Assembly: GCA_019058315.1 (NCBI GenBank)
Contig: JAHPZH010000004.1
Span: forward strand, 384,001-448,000
DNA: 64,000 bases
From: Candidatus Helarchaeota archaeon
GTDB taxonomy: Archaea; Asgardarchaeota; Lokiarchaeia; Helarchaeales; RDOG01
Reading direction: 5' to 3'
Both the position numbers and the translations under genes were made by a program. Positions 1-10,115 of this stretch are shown here, piece by piece; position 1 is the stretch's first letter; the number at the start of each line of letters is the position of its first letter. The notes beneath the pieces were generated by a model. It was given only the letters and a program-made list of their open reading frames with translations, was not told where the DNA came from and made no database searches.

Positions 1-140
1 AATATTATATCTAAATCATATAAAGGAACACCGAATGGAGATAGATCAGCTAATTGCCAAGCATTATTCCAGACTTCATATCTTTTTTTCTTAAAATTTT
101 TTATCTTAAACCCTAATCTTAGCATTATATATTTTTTCAT
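1..140 (-). CDS. 5' end of a hypothetical protein running off the window
   Basis: ATG at 140, open to position 1 (MKKYIMLRLGFKIKNFKKKRYEVWNNAWQLADLSPFGVPLYDLDII). Confidence 0.5.
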   Translation of the reverse strand, partial: MKKYIMLRLGFKIKNFKKKRYEVWNNAWQLADLSPFGVPLYDLDII

Positions 141-322
141 GATTTATTGTCTCGTCTTTAGCATTAAAAGCTGAATTTATTTGGTAAGAACTTTGAAATT
201 CAAAATAAATTATTTTAAAGAAGGGATGCATCGGATTTAAATTATTGTTTTTTATTCTTAAACCTACAACTCAAAAATTAAAATTTAAAATAAACATCCC
301 TTATTGATTTTTAACAAATCTA

Positions 323-2374
323 TTAACTTAATTCTATATTACTTAATTTGCATCTTTCTTTAATGAAATTAAGAATCTTCTCCTTTAATTCATTATTTTT
401 ATTATCTGGAAGCTTATAGATTTGATCTAAATCCATATCTTTGTAATAAGATTGATTTTCAACCTTTTTTAAGTAAAATCTAAAATATTTTCCAACTAAT
501 TCCAAGTCATAGCTTGTATTAGCTTCAGGGATTAAATTTAAAATTGAGAATATTTTTTTCTGTTCTTGGTCCGGTAGGTTTTTTAATGTAATTAGTAAAT
601 TAAAAAAATCATCAATTTTAATCGAATTATAAATTTTTTGTACAATTATCGAAATTTTATCTATATTCTCATATTCATGAATCATCCGATTCTTTATTTC
701 ATCTATAGTCATAAGACGAGTAGTACTGCTATTAATATCTCTAATATAACATTTATCTTTGTAAGCAATCAGATTTTTAGATTTTTTAATATTAACTTTT
801 ACTAACTTCTTCCTCTCATTCAGATCAAATACTTCATAATTAATAATTGGTTTTTCTCCCCCAAAATTTTTTAAAATTCCAGAAATCCTATTGTTTATTT
901 CTTGTGCTTTGTCTATACCTATAATTTTTTTATCATCTTTAATCCCGAAAAAAATATCCCCTCCTTCCTGATTGGCAAAAGCTGAGATTAGGGTACCAAT
1001 TTTATCGGCACTATAAAATTCTTGCTTGAAATCTAAATTATGTGATTCCATTTTTTTAACTATGTCTTTAATTTCGGGAGGAATTTTCATTTGTAGTTTT
1101 TTAATTGGTTTTGCAATTATTTGCTTATCCATTTTATATATTATTTTTTCTATAATTTTGTATAATTCATCATAATACTCTGGTATGCCATTTATAGAAT
1201 CTTGATGGATTTTACCTCTACTAATATCAAAAATAACTAGAGATTTATTTAAATTTATGAGAGTTTCCTCAATGTCATTTTTAGAATATTCATAAATTTG
1301 AGGAATTCCCATCAGATAAGGAATTAATACAATACAACTTATCGACTCATCTTCGATAAGATTCCAAAAATCATGCCGAGATATCCAAGGTGTTAGGATT
1401 ATAAGATGGTAAGATTCCAGTGAATATTTTCTAAGTAGATCTATTTTCCATATTTTAGGTGCACTTACCAGAATTCTTGATACTTTTGAAAGGTTATATT
1501 TCGGGTAATTCTTTTCACAAAATTTTTGAAGTACTTGATTAATTTCATCTATTATTTTGGAATATAAGCTAATTTTTTTTCTATTATCAAAAACTCTTAT
1601 TAAAGATTTGTATTTTCCAGTTCCATTTCTAATATTTTTCAGAATTAACTCGAGATTCATTAATTCCTTAATAGATTTATCTTGATAAAGATTTTCAAGC
1701 TGTCCAAAAAAGTAAGATTTCTCAGGCTCTGAAAAATCACAGTAATTGTCAATTTCATAAAAGAGAGATTCTAAATATCTTGGAAATATTATTTTTAAAT
1801 CTCTTTTAGAACAATTTTTTGAATGTACCCATTCAAGGAGATTTATTATACCTAATTTGTTAAGAATTTCTATAGGATCTTTTATTTTTTCAGAGGATTT
1901 ATTGAAAATTAATTGATAAAGATATTTAAACTCTTCTATTTCTATCTTTGTATATTGTTCGTTTAAATTGGAATAATTTAATGTATCCTTATAATTAAAA
2001 AAAAGCCAAACTAAGTTTTTTTCTTCTTGGGTGGCTTTATTTAGCATTTTTAAAGTATTTGACTTTAAAGGTGTCTTTACTTCGTTTAGGATTAAATCTT
2101 GAATTAAATAGTCGTTAATTACAAATGCATCATCAAAATTTAATTTTGATTTGTAAATTTTATTTTTTAAGGTTAAATAGATTTTTTTAGCTTTATCTAA
2201 GGAATAATTATATCTTTTCATTAAATTATCGATAATATATGCATGATTTGCTTTACAATTAGTTGTCAAAATTGATGTTTTACTCGTAGGATTGCTTACC
2301 CATTGATAAAGAGCATCTAGCATAACTATATCATTACCAATTAATTGCATTAAGTTATTTATGTAATATTGCAA
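323..2374 (-). CDS. Large protein with a Schlafen/AlbA_2 domain
   Basis: ESHNLDFKQ...ISAFANQEGGDIFFGIKDD...CYIRD motif set in the C-terminal third. Confidence 0.8.
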   Translation of the reverse strand: MQYYINNLMQLIGNDIVMLDALYQWVSNPTSKTSILTTNCKANHAYIIDNLMKRYNYSLDKAKKIYLTLKNKIYKSKLNFDDAFVINDYLIQDLILNEVKTPLKSNTLKMLNKATQEEKNLVWLFFNYKDTLNYSNLNEQYTKIEIEEFKYLYQLIFNKSSEKIKDPIEILNKLGIINLLEWVHSKNCSKRDLKIIFPRYLESLFYEIDNYCDFSEPEKSYFFGQLENLYQDKSIKELMNLELILKNIRNGTGKYKSLIRVFDNRKKISLYSKIIDEINQVLQKFCEKNYPKYNLSKVSRILVSAPKIWKIDLLRKYSLESYHLIILTPWISRHDFWNLIEDESISCIVLIPYLMGIPQIYEYSKNDIEETLINLNKSLVIFDISRGKIHQDSINGIPEYYDELYKIIEKIIYKMDKQIIAKPIKKLQMKIPPEIKDIVKKMESHNLDFKQEFYSADKIGTLISAFANQEGGDIFFGIKDDKKIIGIDKAQEINNRISGILKNFGGEKPIINYEVFDLNERKKLVKVNIKKSKNLIAYKDKCYIRDINSSTTRLMTIDEIKNRMIHEYENIDKISIIVQKIYNSIKIDDFFNLLITLKNLPDQEQKKIFSILNLIPEANTSYDLELVGKYFRFYLKKVENQSYYKDMDLDQIYKLPDNKNNELKEKILNFIKERCKLSNIELS

Positions 2375-2622
2375 AATAGATCCCTACTTGATTGTATAAC
2401 TAGAATTATAAAAATCCAATATGAGAAATTAGTATAGAAAAAGGAATGATACAATAAAAATCATTGTAATTTAAAAATTGCATTTTTATTTGTCTTTCTA
2501 TAATTGTTCAATTAAAATTTTCTCCGATAAAAATAATGCAATTTATTAAATTATCGGATCTAAAGAATTTCGGGTTATGTATATATATAAAACACATAAC
2601 ATAAAAATATAAGGGAAGTAAT

Positions 2623-3768
2623 ATGCCTCAAAAAGGTCAACTTGCATATATTAATCCAAAAATATTAAAATGGGCACGAGAAGAATCGGGATTAACTTTA
2701 AAGGAGGCTTCAAGCTCAGTATTAAATCAAAGAAAATTGGAGAATGCTGAACAAGGTTTAGATAAGTTAACTTTTAGACAATTAATATTAATTGCAAAAA
2801 AATATCGGAGACCTCCAGGTTTTTTCTATCTTAAAAATCTACCAGTTGAAAAAGAGTTACTTAATGATTTTCGAACTCTTGATTCTGTTAAAGTGAAATA
2901 TAGACCAAGATTGAGAGAACAAATTTTGAAGATAAAAGAGAAACGTGAATTTGCTGTTAATTTTAAAACATATAGTAAAAAATATGATTATTCTTGGATT
3001 AATCATATTTCAATAAAGGAAAAACCAGAAATTATTGCTAAAAAAATATTAAATTTATTTAATATCAAAATGGAACATCGCAAGAAGTGGAAAACGCCTT
3101 ATGATGCACTTAATGCTTGGAGAAATGTAGTAGAAAAAATGGGAGTTCTAGTATTCCAAATTTCTGGAATATTAGTCACCGAAATGCGAGGATTTTCTAT
3201 ATCTGAAATTCCTTTTCCAACAATAGCATTAAATCGAGGTGATGCGCCTTTAGGACGTGTTTTTACACTAATTCACGAGTTTTGTCATATAATGCTTAAA
3301 AAAGGTGGTATATGCACGATATTTGAAGGAGATAGTGATCATTTTAAGGTTGAAAAGTTTTGTAATGCAGTTACTGGTGCTGTGCTAGTTCCAAATGATA
3401 TATTAATTAAATCTGGGATTGTTCTAAAACATAAGACTGGTGAAATTTGGCTCCCAGACGAATTAAATTCATTAAAAAAATATTTTTGGGTGAGTCAAGA
3501 AGTTATTCTACGTCGTTTATTAATAAACAATTTGACTTCAAATGATTTCTATCAAGAAAAAAGAAACGAATGGGCTAAATTAATAAGAAAAAAAGCAGGA
3601 GGACCTGAAAAACCTTATACAAAGGTACTAAAAACAAATTCACATAATTTTATTAAAATTGTGTTAAATGCAATGTATAATAACAAAATCAATTTAGTTG
3701 ATGTTTCTTATTATTTCGACATGAGTTTAAAGCATTTGAAGAGTTTAGAGAAAAATTTAGAGGGGTAA
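2623..3768 (+). CDS. XRE-HTH + ImmA/IrrE-family Zn metallopeptidase
   Basis: N-terminal LKWAREESGLT HTH; FTLIHEFCH (HExxH) and EKFCNAVTGAVLVP. Confidence 0.9.
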   Translation: MPQKGQLAYINPKILKWAREESGLTLKEASSSVLNQRKLENAEQGLDKLTFRQLILIAKKYRRPPGFFYLKNLPVEKELLNDFRTLDSVKVKYRPRLREQILKIKEKREFAVNFKTYSKKYDYSWINHISIKEKPEIIAKKILNLFNIKMEHRKKWKTPYDALNAWRNVVEKMGVLVFQISGILVTEMRGFSISEIPFPTIALNRGDAPLGRVFTLIHEFCHIMLKKGGICTIFEGDSDHFKVEKFCNAVTGAVLVPNDILIKSGIVLKHKTGEIWLPDELNSLKKYFWVSQEVILRRLLINNLTSNDFYQEKRNEWAKLIRKKAGGPEKPYTKVLKTNSHNFIKIVLNAMYNNKINLVDVSYYFDMSLKHLKSLEKNLEG

Positions 3769-3788
3769 AAATTACAAAAGCACGGCTT

Positions 3789-4259
3789 ATGCCATTATAT
3801 CCAAATGGTGTTTATAGTTTTGATACGAGCGCATTTATAGAACCATGGAATAGACATTATCCCAGAGATATTTTCCCATCAATATGGGACGGAATTCAAG
3901 AATTAATTGTAAATAAGAAAATTCTTGTGACTAATATGGTTGAAATTGAATTAAAAAAACAAAGAGATGATTTGTATCGATATTTAAGGAACCTAAACCC
4001 ATTTGTCCAGCCTACTAAGGATGAACAAGAAGTTGTTAGACAATTAATAAATCACCCTGATTTTGATAAATGGATAATTAGCTATAAACATATTGCAGAT
4101 CCGTTCGTTGTTGCTCTTGCAAAAGTTCATAGTTTATCTGTAGTCACCTATGAAGATACCAGAGCTGAAAAAAATAAAATTCCAGCAGCTTGTCGCTTAT
4201 ATAGAGTTGATTGTATTAAATTTGTTGATTTTCTTAGAAGGGAACAAATAATAATTTAA
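3789..4259 (+). CDS. DUF4411-like PIN-domain nuclease
   Basis: FDTSAFI, ADPFVVALA, VVTYE, KIPAAC; usual partner of HTH-IrrE genes. Confidence 0.85.
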   Translation: MPLYPNGVYSFDTSAFIEPWNRHYPRDIFPSIWDGIQELIVNKKILVTNMVEIELKKQRDDLYRYLRNLNPFVQPTKDEQEVVRQLINHPDFDKWIISYKHIADPFVVALAKVHSLSVVTYEDTRAEKNKIPAACRLYRVDCIKFVDFLRREQIII

Positions 4260-4336
4260 ACAAATTTTTAATATAAAATGAATAAACAAAGTCCATAGAT
4301 TATTTTTAAATTCAAATATACTTAAAGTATATACCG

Positions 4337-4396
4337 GGCAGAAATAGAGGATTTAAGCGCAGAGTACAACGTGCTGCTTCCAAAAATAAAAAATAA
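4337..4396 (+). pseudogene. 3' fragment of the small SMP-like gene at 9206-9313
   Basis: Encodes GRNRGFKRRVQRAASKNKK* versus GKNKGFKSRAQRAASKNKK*; followed by a similar T-rich tail. Confidence 0.75.
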
Positions 4397-4451
4397 AAAA
4401 ATACCCCCTCTCTTCTTTTTTTCAATTAATTTTATTTTTTAAATCAAAATT

Positions 4452-5663
4452 TCATTTTTTGTATTTTTTTTTAAAAATAAAACCCTTTCTAAATATATGT
4501 GTAGCCCATTTGATCTTAAATTCATTATTTTTAATTCGATTTTCTAAAAAATCAAGGGCTTCTGTTGGTATATCTTGTTTTACTTTCAAGTCCTCAAATT
4601 TATTTAATATAGATTTATAAAATGATTGCATTTTTTTTCCATAACTATTACTCCATTCATAAGATATTTCCAGGGGAAATTTAATTTTTTTACAAAATCC
4701 GATAGATTTTTTCTTGTAATATTTATCATCTTCTAGAATTAATGAAATTTTATCATAAATTGCATGATAATCATCTGTTCTCTTACGAGGATCACCTTTA
4801 GCACCAACGATGATAATCAATCCCCTCTTTCTTAATGAATCGGCAAAACTTCTTAATTCCAATTTTAAATTATTAACTAATGAAATTTGAGTGAAAAAAT
4901 TACTAAAAATTACTAAATTATAGCGATTAGAATGTCTCCAATATGGAAAGTCATATTCAAATGAATATTGACTGAAATAATTTTCACCAATTTCATATTT
5001 AGTTTTTAAACTCATAAATAATTCTTGTTTACGTTTTCTAAAATCTAAACCCTTTGCATTATTAAAACTTCCATGTTGATAAGGCACTGACCATCTAAAA
5101 TCTATTGGTCTATATTTTTCATAATCCATTCTATATCTTTCTTCGTTTGTACCGTTTGCAAATTCAAGAAATCTATGTAACCAATTACGCCAACCATAAC
5201 TATTCTCAACATAATCCGTTTTAAATTTAAGTTCCTTAAAAACAAGTTTATTGGTTTCTTTTCCATATATTTTTAAAAGTGTATATATGTCTGAAATCGC
5301 AAATAACGAGGGAGCGGGACCTGTTCCAACACCTATAATATCTATTTTTTTTCTTTTAATTGGTAATTTGTAATATTTTAATAATAATTTCGAAATTAAT
5401 TGAAATCTATGGTATCTATCGAGAAAATGCAATATTGTATATGCTTCTGGTACTCCTTTTTTATTATAATCGACAGTATTACACTTTTTTATTACATCTA
5501 GTAAGTTTTCAGCTATTGATTTTGCTCTCTCCCTAGAAACCAAAACATAATTAATTAAATAATATTCTAATATATCTGATAAATAACAAAATCTTTTATA
5601 GAAATAATTATTTCTTTCTATCCAATTAATAATTTCTGTTGTATTATAAGGGGGGATTTTCAT
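4452..5663 (-). CDS. Hypothetical protein, possible class I SAM-methyltransferase fold
   Basis: IDIIGVGTGPAPS resembles motif I; YNLVIFSNFF resembles motif IV. Confidence 0.55.
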   Translation of the reverse strand: MKIPPYNTTEIINWIERNNYFYKRFCYLSDILEYYLINYVLVSRERAKSIAENLLDVIKKCNTVDYNKKGVPEAYTILHFLDRYHRFQLISKLLLKYYKLPIKRKKIDIIGVGTGPAPSLFAISDIYTLLKIYGKETNKLVFKELKFKTDYVENSYGWRNWLHRFLEFANGTNEERYRMDYEKYRPIDFRWSVPYQHGSFNNAKGLDFRKRKQELFMSLKTKYEIGENYFSQYSFEYDFPYWRHSNRYNLVIFSNFFTQISLVNNLKLELRSFADSLRKRGLIIIVGAKGDPRKRTDDYHAIYDKISLILEDDKYYKKKSIGFCKKIKFPLEISYEWSNSYGKKMQSFYKSILNKFEDLKVKQDIPTEALDFLENRIKNNEFKIKWATHIFRKGFIFKKKYKK

Positions 5664-5708
5664 GAAAGTACCATCTGATTTCGTTATAATTTCATTTCGT
5701 AACTATTC

Positions 5709-6761
5709 TTATAATGGTATTAAACCGCTCCATCTTCTAAATCGAATTTTTTCCTTTTTTAATCTTATTATACCTTCTTTATTAAGTGGTCTACACTCTG
5801 GACCAATTCTCACATAATATTTAATTTCACCATTTATTACTCCATGACATCGTGGCATTCTTGGAATGAAAAAGACAAGAATTACATTTCCATTTTCGAG
5901 TGTTATTTCTTGAAATAGATCGTTCTTTGTAGGTTCAATAAAAGGTTTTATATGGTGAAATGCTTTCAAAATATCTTCAACTTCACTTGGTAATACACCA
6001 TTTAGCGACTTGATAGTACTATCTTCTTCTAATACTCCTACTATAATGTGTCCTCCCTTTGTATTTGCGAATGCAGAGATAACTCTTGCAAATTTTTTCC
6101 CCCTCGCCTCTTTTGCTATAGATTTGAATTCAATAAATATACGTTTATTAAAATCAAGAAATGAACCTTCACGAATACTTCTTTTTTTCAAATTTATAAT
6201 TGTATTAATTGTTATCTTTTGAACATTTTCAGGAATAAGATATTTAATTTCTTTTAAGGAATCCCGACCCAAACTTGTTATTTTCCAATAATAATAATCA
6301 TTATCAATTAATCCCAGATCTTCAAGGTATAATCCAATTCTCACAAACAATTCCGTTTTAATTTGCTTATCTTCGGTTCTATTAGAGTTTATCTCTTTTT
6401 GAAGTTCTTTAAAAGCAAAACCATATTTTGCCGGATCTTTTTTCCATTCAGCATCTAAAAATTTGAGAATTTCAGAGCTAACTTGATCAAAAAACGGATC
6501 TTCAAGCAATTCTTCATGTGTTACTATACCTATAGAACCAATTTTAAGTTCAGGAAATTCCTCTCCGTGATAGGGTTGCCAACGAAAAAAATCCTTTGAC
6601 TTTCCGTCATATAATGCCCTCCTTAATGTATTTTCGTTTATATCTGGGATATGACCTTTAAGACTCTCCAAAATTTCTTCAAAAGATGACCTTTCGTCAT
6701 TTATTTCTTTTTCATATAGAATTTTTAATATTTGTAATTGGATATAATTGATTTTATCCAT
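5709..6761 (-). CDS. wHTH-containing protein with C-terminal AlbA_2 domain
   Basis: IEFKS...ISAFANTKGGHIIVGV...YYVRIGPECRPL; wHTH-like LEDLGLID...WKITSLGR. Confidence 0.8.
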   Translation of the reverse strand: MDKINYIQLQILKILYEKEINDERSSFEEILESLKGHIPDINENTLRRALYDGKSKDFFRWQPYHGEEFPELKIGSIGIVTHEELLEDPFFDQVSSEILKFLDAEWKKDPAKYGFAFKELQKEINSNRTEDKQIKTELFVRIGLYLEDLGLIDNDYYYWKITSLGRDSLKEIKYLIPENVQKITINTIINLKKRSIREGSFLDFNKRIFIEFKSIAKEARGKKFARVISAFANTKGGHIIVGVLEEDSTIKSLNGVLPSEVEDILKAFHHIKPFIEPTKNDLFQEITLENGNVILVFFIPRMPRCHGVINGEIKYYVRIGPECRPLNKEGIIRLKKEKIRFRRWSGLIPL

Positions 6762-6762
6762 T

Positions 6763-7059
6763 TTATGAAACCCCTAATCCTAATCTTTTTAATTCCCTTC
6801 GCAAGATCTTCGTGTATAATTTTCTTAATTTAAATTTTATCTGATAATAAAATGCAACTGAAGGTGAATAACTCATAGTGACTACGATTTTATTTTTTCG
6901 TAAGGTGCTATCAAAATTTAAAAATGAAAACTCTAGAAGTGTTGGATAAATATGTTTTAGGATTAAATGGAATTTCTTATTAGAATTTATGATGCCTTTC
7001 TCTAAAGCATTATTTATTTGATCTTTTCCTATAATATTTCCTGATTTCAACTTAATCAT
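6763..7059 (-). CDS. Hypothetical protein
   Basis: 98-aa ORF abutting the downstream gene. Confidence 0.5.
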   Translation of the reverse strand: MIKLKSGNIIGKDQINNALEKGIINSNKKFHLILKHIYPTLLEFSFLNFDSTLRKNKIVVTMSYSPSVAFYYQIKFKLRKLYTKILRRELKRLGLGVS

Positions 7060-7337
7060 TATATACCAACTTATAAGATTAATCTGCTTTTAATTTAATG
7101 ATTTGAACATTCATCAAGTTAATGTCCCCTTATGTAGCTATTTTTAAATAATAATATTGTAATATAATTTAATTTCGTTGTTCTAGGATATTTTTATAAT
7201 TCTATATTTTTATCAAAATATAATCTTTTTAATTTAGTAAGTTTTTCTAATCCTTTTAATTTTTTAATTCTATTATGACTCAAATATAAACCTCTAATTA
7301 AGTTAGATTTTCAAACCTTTCAATTTTTTCAATTTGG

Positions 7338-9047
7338 TTAAAATGTAGAAATATCACTTTTAATTGTAGAAGTTGAGAGATTAGATTTCAATTCATTTAA
7401 AAAAGGTAATAATTCAGGATAATGTATAGATACTTTTTCATAGATTCCTTTCGCTTTAACATAAGATTTTCTTTTAAGCAAAGAAAAATATAGTTCTTTG
7501 ATTATATTGGTATCATATTCATTTTCGTTATATGCTCCAAGACAAAAATCTTCTAATTCTTCCCAATTCTCCAACTTTTTTAAAATATTAACTATTAAAT
7601 TAAATAATTTGAGATTACGTTCTTGATGTTCATACCAACTATAAAAAGAATATTCTTTTGCACTTTCGAAATCATTTTGAATATAAAATACTTTAGCTCT
7701 ATAATATAAGAAAAATGGTTCTAAATGAATTAAATTTGGATTATTTTTTATGATTTTTAATGAACCTCCAATGAATAATTTAGCTTTTTTTAGATCTTGA
7801 TCTATATCTACGTAATATTCAATCAATAACCGCATGGTAATTAAATCATCCTTATAAATTTTAAGGGTTTTTTCTGTAAATTGTAGGAATTCTTGATATT
7901 TTTTAAGATTAAAATAAACTAGCTGCATTGAATGTAACATATCTATGTCATTTGGTCGATGATTAAGATATTTTTCACCCCAAAGAATCGATTCATCTTG
8001 TTTTTTTAAATTTAAATAAATTTTATTAAGAATTCTAAATATTTCTAATGCTTGATTTGAATTTGGTGAAATTGATTTAAGTTCAGATTTTAATTTCTTC
8101 TCCATTTTAATTAATGATTGTTTGTCAATAGGAATATCTTTCCAAGCATAAGAAAAACCTTTATCCTGCTCTAGAAATTTCCTCATAAAGAAATTAATTA
8201 TTTCAACAAGGATTTGTATTTGGTTATAATCCAACTCAAGCATAAAATTCTTAATTAAATCAACTCCAATATAATATCCTTCATTACTTAATTGGAAATG
8301 AAAATTTTCAAATATTAATTCTTGAAGAACTGCTCTTTGAGTTCTAAATCTAATTTCCATAAGAAGTGCCTCAAAAACCATATCATCTTCCATTAAAAAC
8401 CAAGGCTCACCATTTTTATCTCTCATAAAGTATATTTTTCGAATTTCACTCCATTTTTTTAAAAAATATTCTAATTCAATATTATTAATTTTAAAATGAT
8501 TTCTAAATTCTTTTTGTAGTAATTTTATAATTTCAGGTTGAACTCTTCTCCATTGTTCTGATTTAGAATATTTAAGATTAAATCGGGATATATAATAAGC
8601 AAAAATGTAAGCTTTTTCTTCTGTTTCAAGGAATTTTATAAAATCAAAATCTTCTATTTCTAAAAAATTTTGTACACAATCAATTAGTAGTGAATTTGGT
8701 ATGGAGCCAAATTGTAAAAGGAATTTATCTCGAATATTTTTAACTTGACGTTCTATTAATTTATATCTACGAACTCGGGATGAATAATCATCCTTCCCAA
8801 GGATTTTTTCTACTTCTAAGCGTCCTTTAATAGTTAATTTATTCCACTTAATTTTATCTTCATATTCAATTTCAATAAGTCCATTTTCCCTTAAAAACTT
8901 TAAATACTTGCTTATTGTATTCCTTGATAAGTTAATTTTTTTATTTTTAATCAATGTGGTGTAATTTGTTTTACCATTTTCATGAATATAAACCAAAATT
9001 CTCTGAGCGTTGTCTAAATCATTGTAATCAACCAAATTTTTCACCAA
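7338..9047 (-). CDS. Winged-HTH + TPR-repeat protein (probable regulator)
   Basis: LSRNTISKYLKFLRENGLIE...LTIKGR wHTH; helical TPR-like C-terminal half. Confidence 0.7.
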   Translation of the reverse strand: MVKNLVDYNDLDNAQRILVYIHENGKTNYTTLIKNKKINLSRNTISKYLKFLRENGLIEIEYEDKIKWNKLTIKGRLEVEKILGKDDYSSRVRRYKLIERQVKNIRDKFLLQFGSIPNSLLIDCVQNFLEIEDFDFIKFLETEEKAYIFAYYISRFNLKYSKSEQWRRVQPEIIKLLQKEFRNHFKINNIELEYFLKKWSEIRKIYFMRDKNGEPWFLMEDDMVFEALLMEIRFRTQRAVLQELIFENFHFQLSNEGYYIGVDLIKNFMLELDYNQIQILVEIINFFMRKFLEQDKGFSYAWKDIPIDKQSLIKMEKKLKSELKSISPNSNQALEIFRILNKIYLNLKKQDESILWGEKYLNHRPNDIDMLHSMQLVYFNLKKYQEFLQFTEKTLKIYKDDLITMRLLIEYYVDIDQDLKKAKLFIGGSLKIIKNNPNLIHLEPFFLYYRAKVFYIQNDFESAKEYSFYSWYEHQERNLKLFNLIVNILKKLENWEELEDFCLGAYNENEYDTNIIKELYFSLLKRKSYVKAKGIYEKVSIHYPELLPFLNELKSNLSTSTIKSDISTF

Positions 9048-9075
9048 GATAGAATTTAAGAAAAAGTATATTTTA

Positions 9076-9104
9076 CTATACTTAAGTATAGGTACATATA
9101 CCTA
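9076..9104. promoter_or_regulatory. Palindromic operator candidates
   Basis: Perfect 16-bp palindrome CTATACTTAAGTATAG (9076-9091) overlapping TAGGTA-cata-TACCTA (9089-9104), between divergent genes. Confidence 0.5.
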
Positions 9105-9205
9105 CAAATAAAATGTTTTCTAATATCTAATTAGCCATTTTAAAAAGAATAGAATGGTGCATATTTAGAAAATAAATAAAAAAGGTGATAAATACGACTA
9201 AGAAA

Positions 9206-9313
9206 ATGACTGAAAAAGCTGCATCTAGAATTCAGTCACATTCAGATAAATCAGGTAAAAACAAAGGATTTAAGAGTAGAGCACAACGTGCTGCCTCAAA
9301 AAATAAAAAATAA
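9206..9313 (+). CDS. Small basic SMP-like (seed-maturation/LEA-like) stress peptide, 35 aa
   Basis: MTEKAASRIQSHSDKSGKNKGFKSRAQRAASKNKK; AASRIQS...RAQxAA pattern; AGGTGA upstream and T-rich tail; not in the ORF track. Confidence 0.75.
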   Translation: MTEKAASRIQSHSDKSGKNKGFKSRAQRAASKNKK

Positions 9314-9383
9314 TCCTTTTCTTCTTTTTTTAAATACTTATTATTTTCTAACAACTATTAATTAAAATAGTATAAGAATTAGG

Positions 9384-9468
9384 TGGGGGGGGCGGGATTT
9401 GAACCCGCGAACTCCTTCGAGAGTCACTTTCAAGGTGACCGCATTTGACCAGACTTTGCTACCCCCAT
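9384..9468 (-). tRNA. Atypical class II tRNA with anticodon TGA (Ser) and a Leu-like body; possibly a pseudogene
   Basis: T-arm GCGGG-TTCAAAT-CCCGC; anticodon arm GTCAC-CTTGAAA-GTGAC; variable arm CTC-GAAG-GAG; acceptor ATGGGGG/CCCCCCC with 2 mismatches; A73. Confidence 0.8.
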
Positions 9469-9796
9469 GGGAGCATTAAAATTATTTAAAATTCGAGAAA
9501 AATATAAATTTATTCTTATTATGATTCTATTTCATACTATTCATTTGAAAGTACAAATAAATTATATATAAAATAATATATAAATTCCCTAAAAATGTAA
9601 GATCTATAATATAAATTAGTTGTTCATTCAAATAATTTGTTAATTGTATTTTCAAACGGATTATCTAAGAATTTTAACTTTTCTGGGTAAGAATTTAAAG
9701 GCAAATTGGGAATAAATTCTCCTTTGATTAAAAAAATAAATAAAAATAAGATAAATACATAATAATTATTTTAAGAAATTTAGGATTTTCAAGTGC

Positions 9797-10057
9797 CTAT
9801 CTGTTTCCAAATCCAATTCCTGTAATTTCAATTCCATCGCTGATTTTACTCATCAAACAATTAAAATGCACTAACTTTCCTTTTTTATTTTTTATTATTT
9901 TATCACTAGATGAAATTTTTTTATTACAAATCGGGCAAATTTGATTTGGCATATTATTTTCTTTAGAAGCTTTAATAGAAGAGTTATCCATTTTTTTCAT
10001 CATTAATTGATTTAAAACTAATAAAAGTAAAATAATTTTTGCATAAAAATATAACAT
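9797..10057 (-). CDS. Small Zn-finger protein (probably starts at MPNQICPIC)
   Basis: CPIC...HFNC. Confidence 0.55.
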   Translation of the reverse strand: MLYFYAKIILLLLVLNQLMMKKMDNSSIKASKENNMPNQICPICNKKISSSDKIIKNKKGKLVHFNCLMSKISDGIEITGIGFGNR

Positions 10058-10115
10058 TAAAACTAATTATATCAAGAAAAAAATATTTTTGACTTTTGTA
10101 AATTTATTTTGAATT

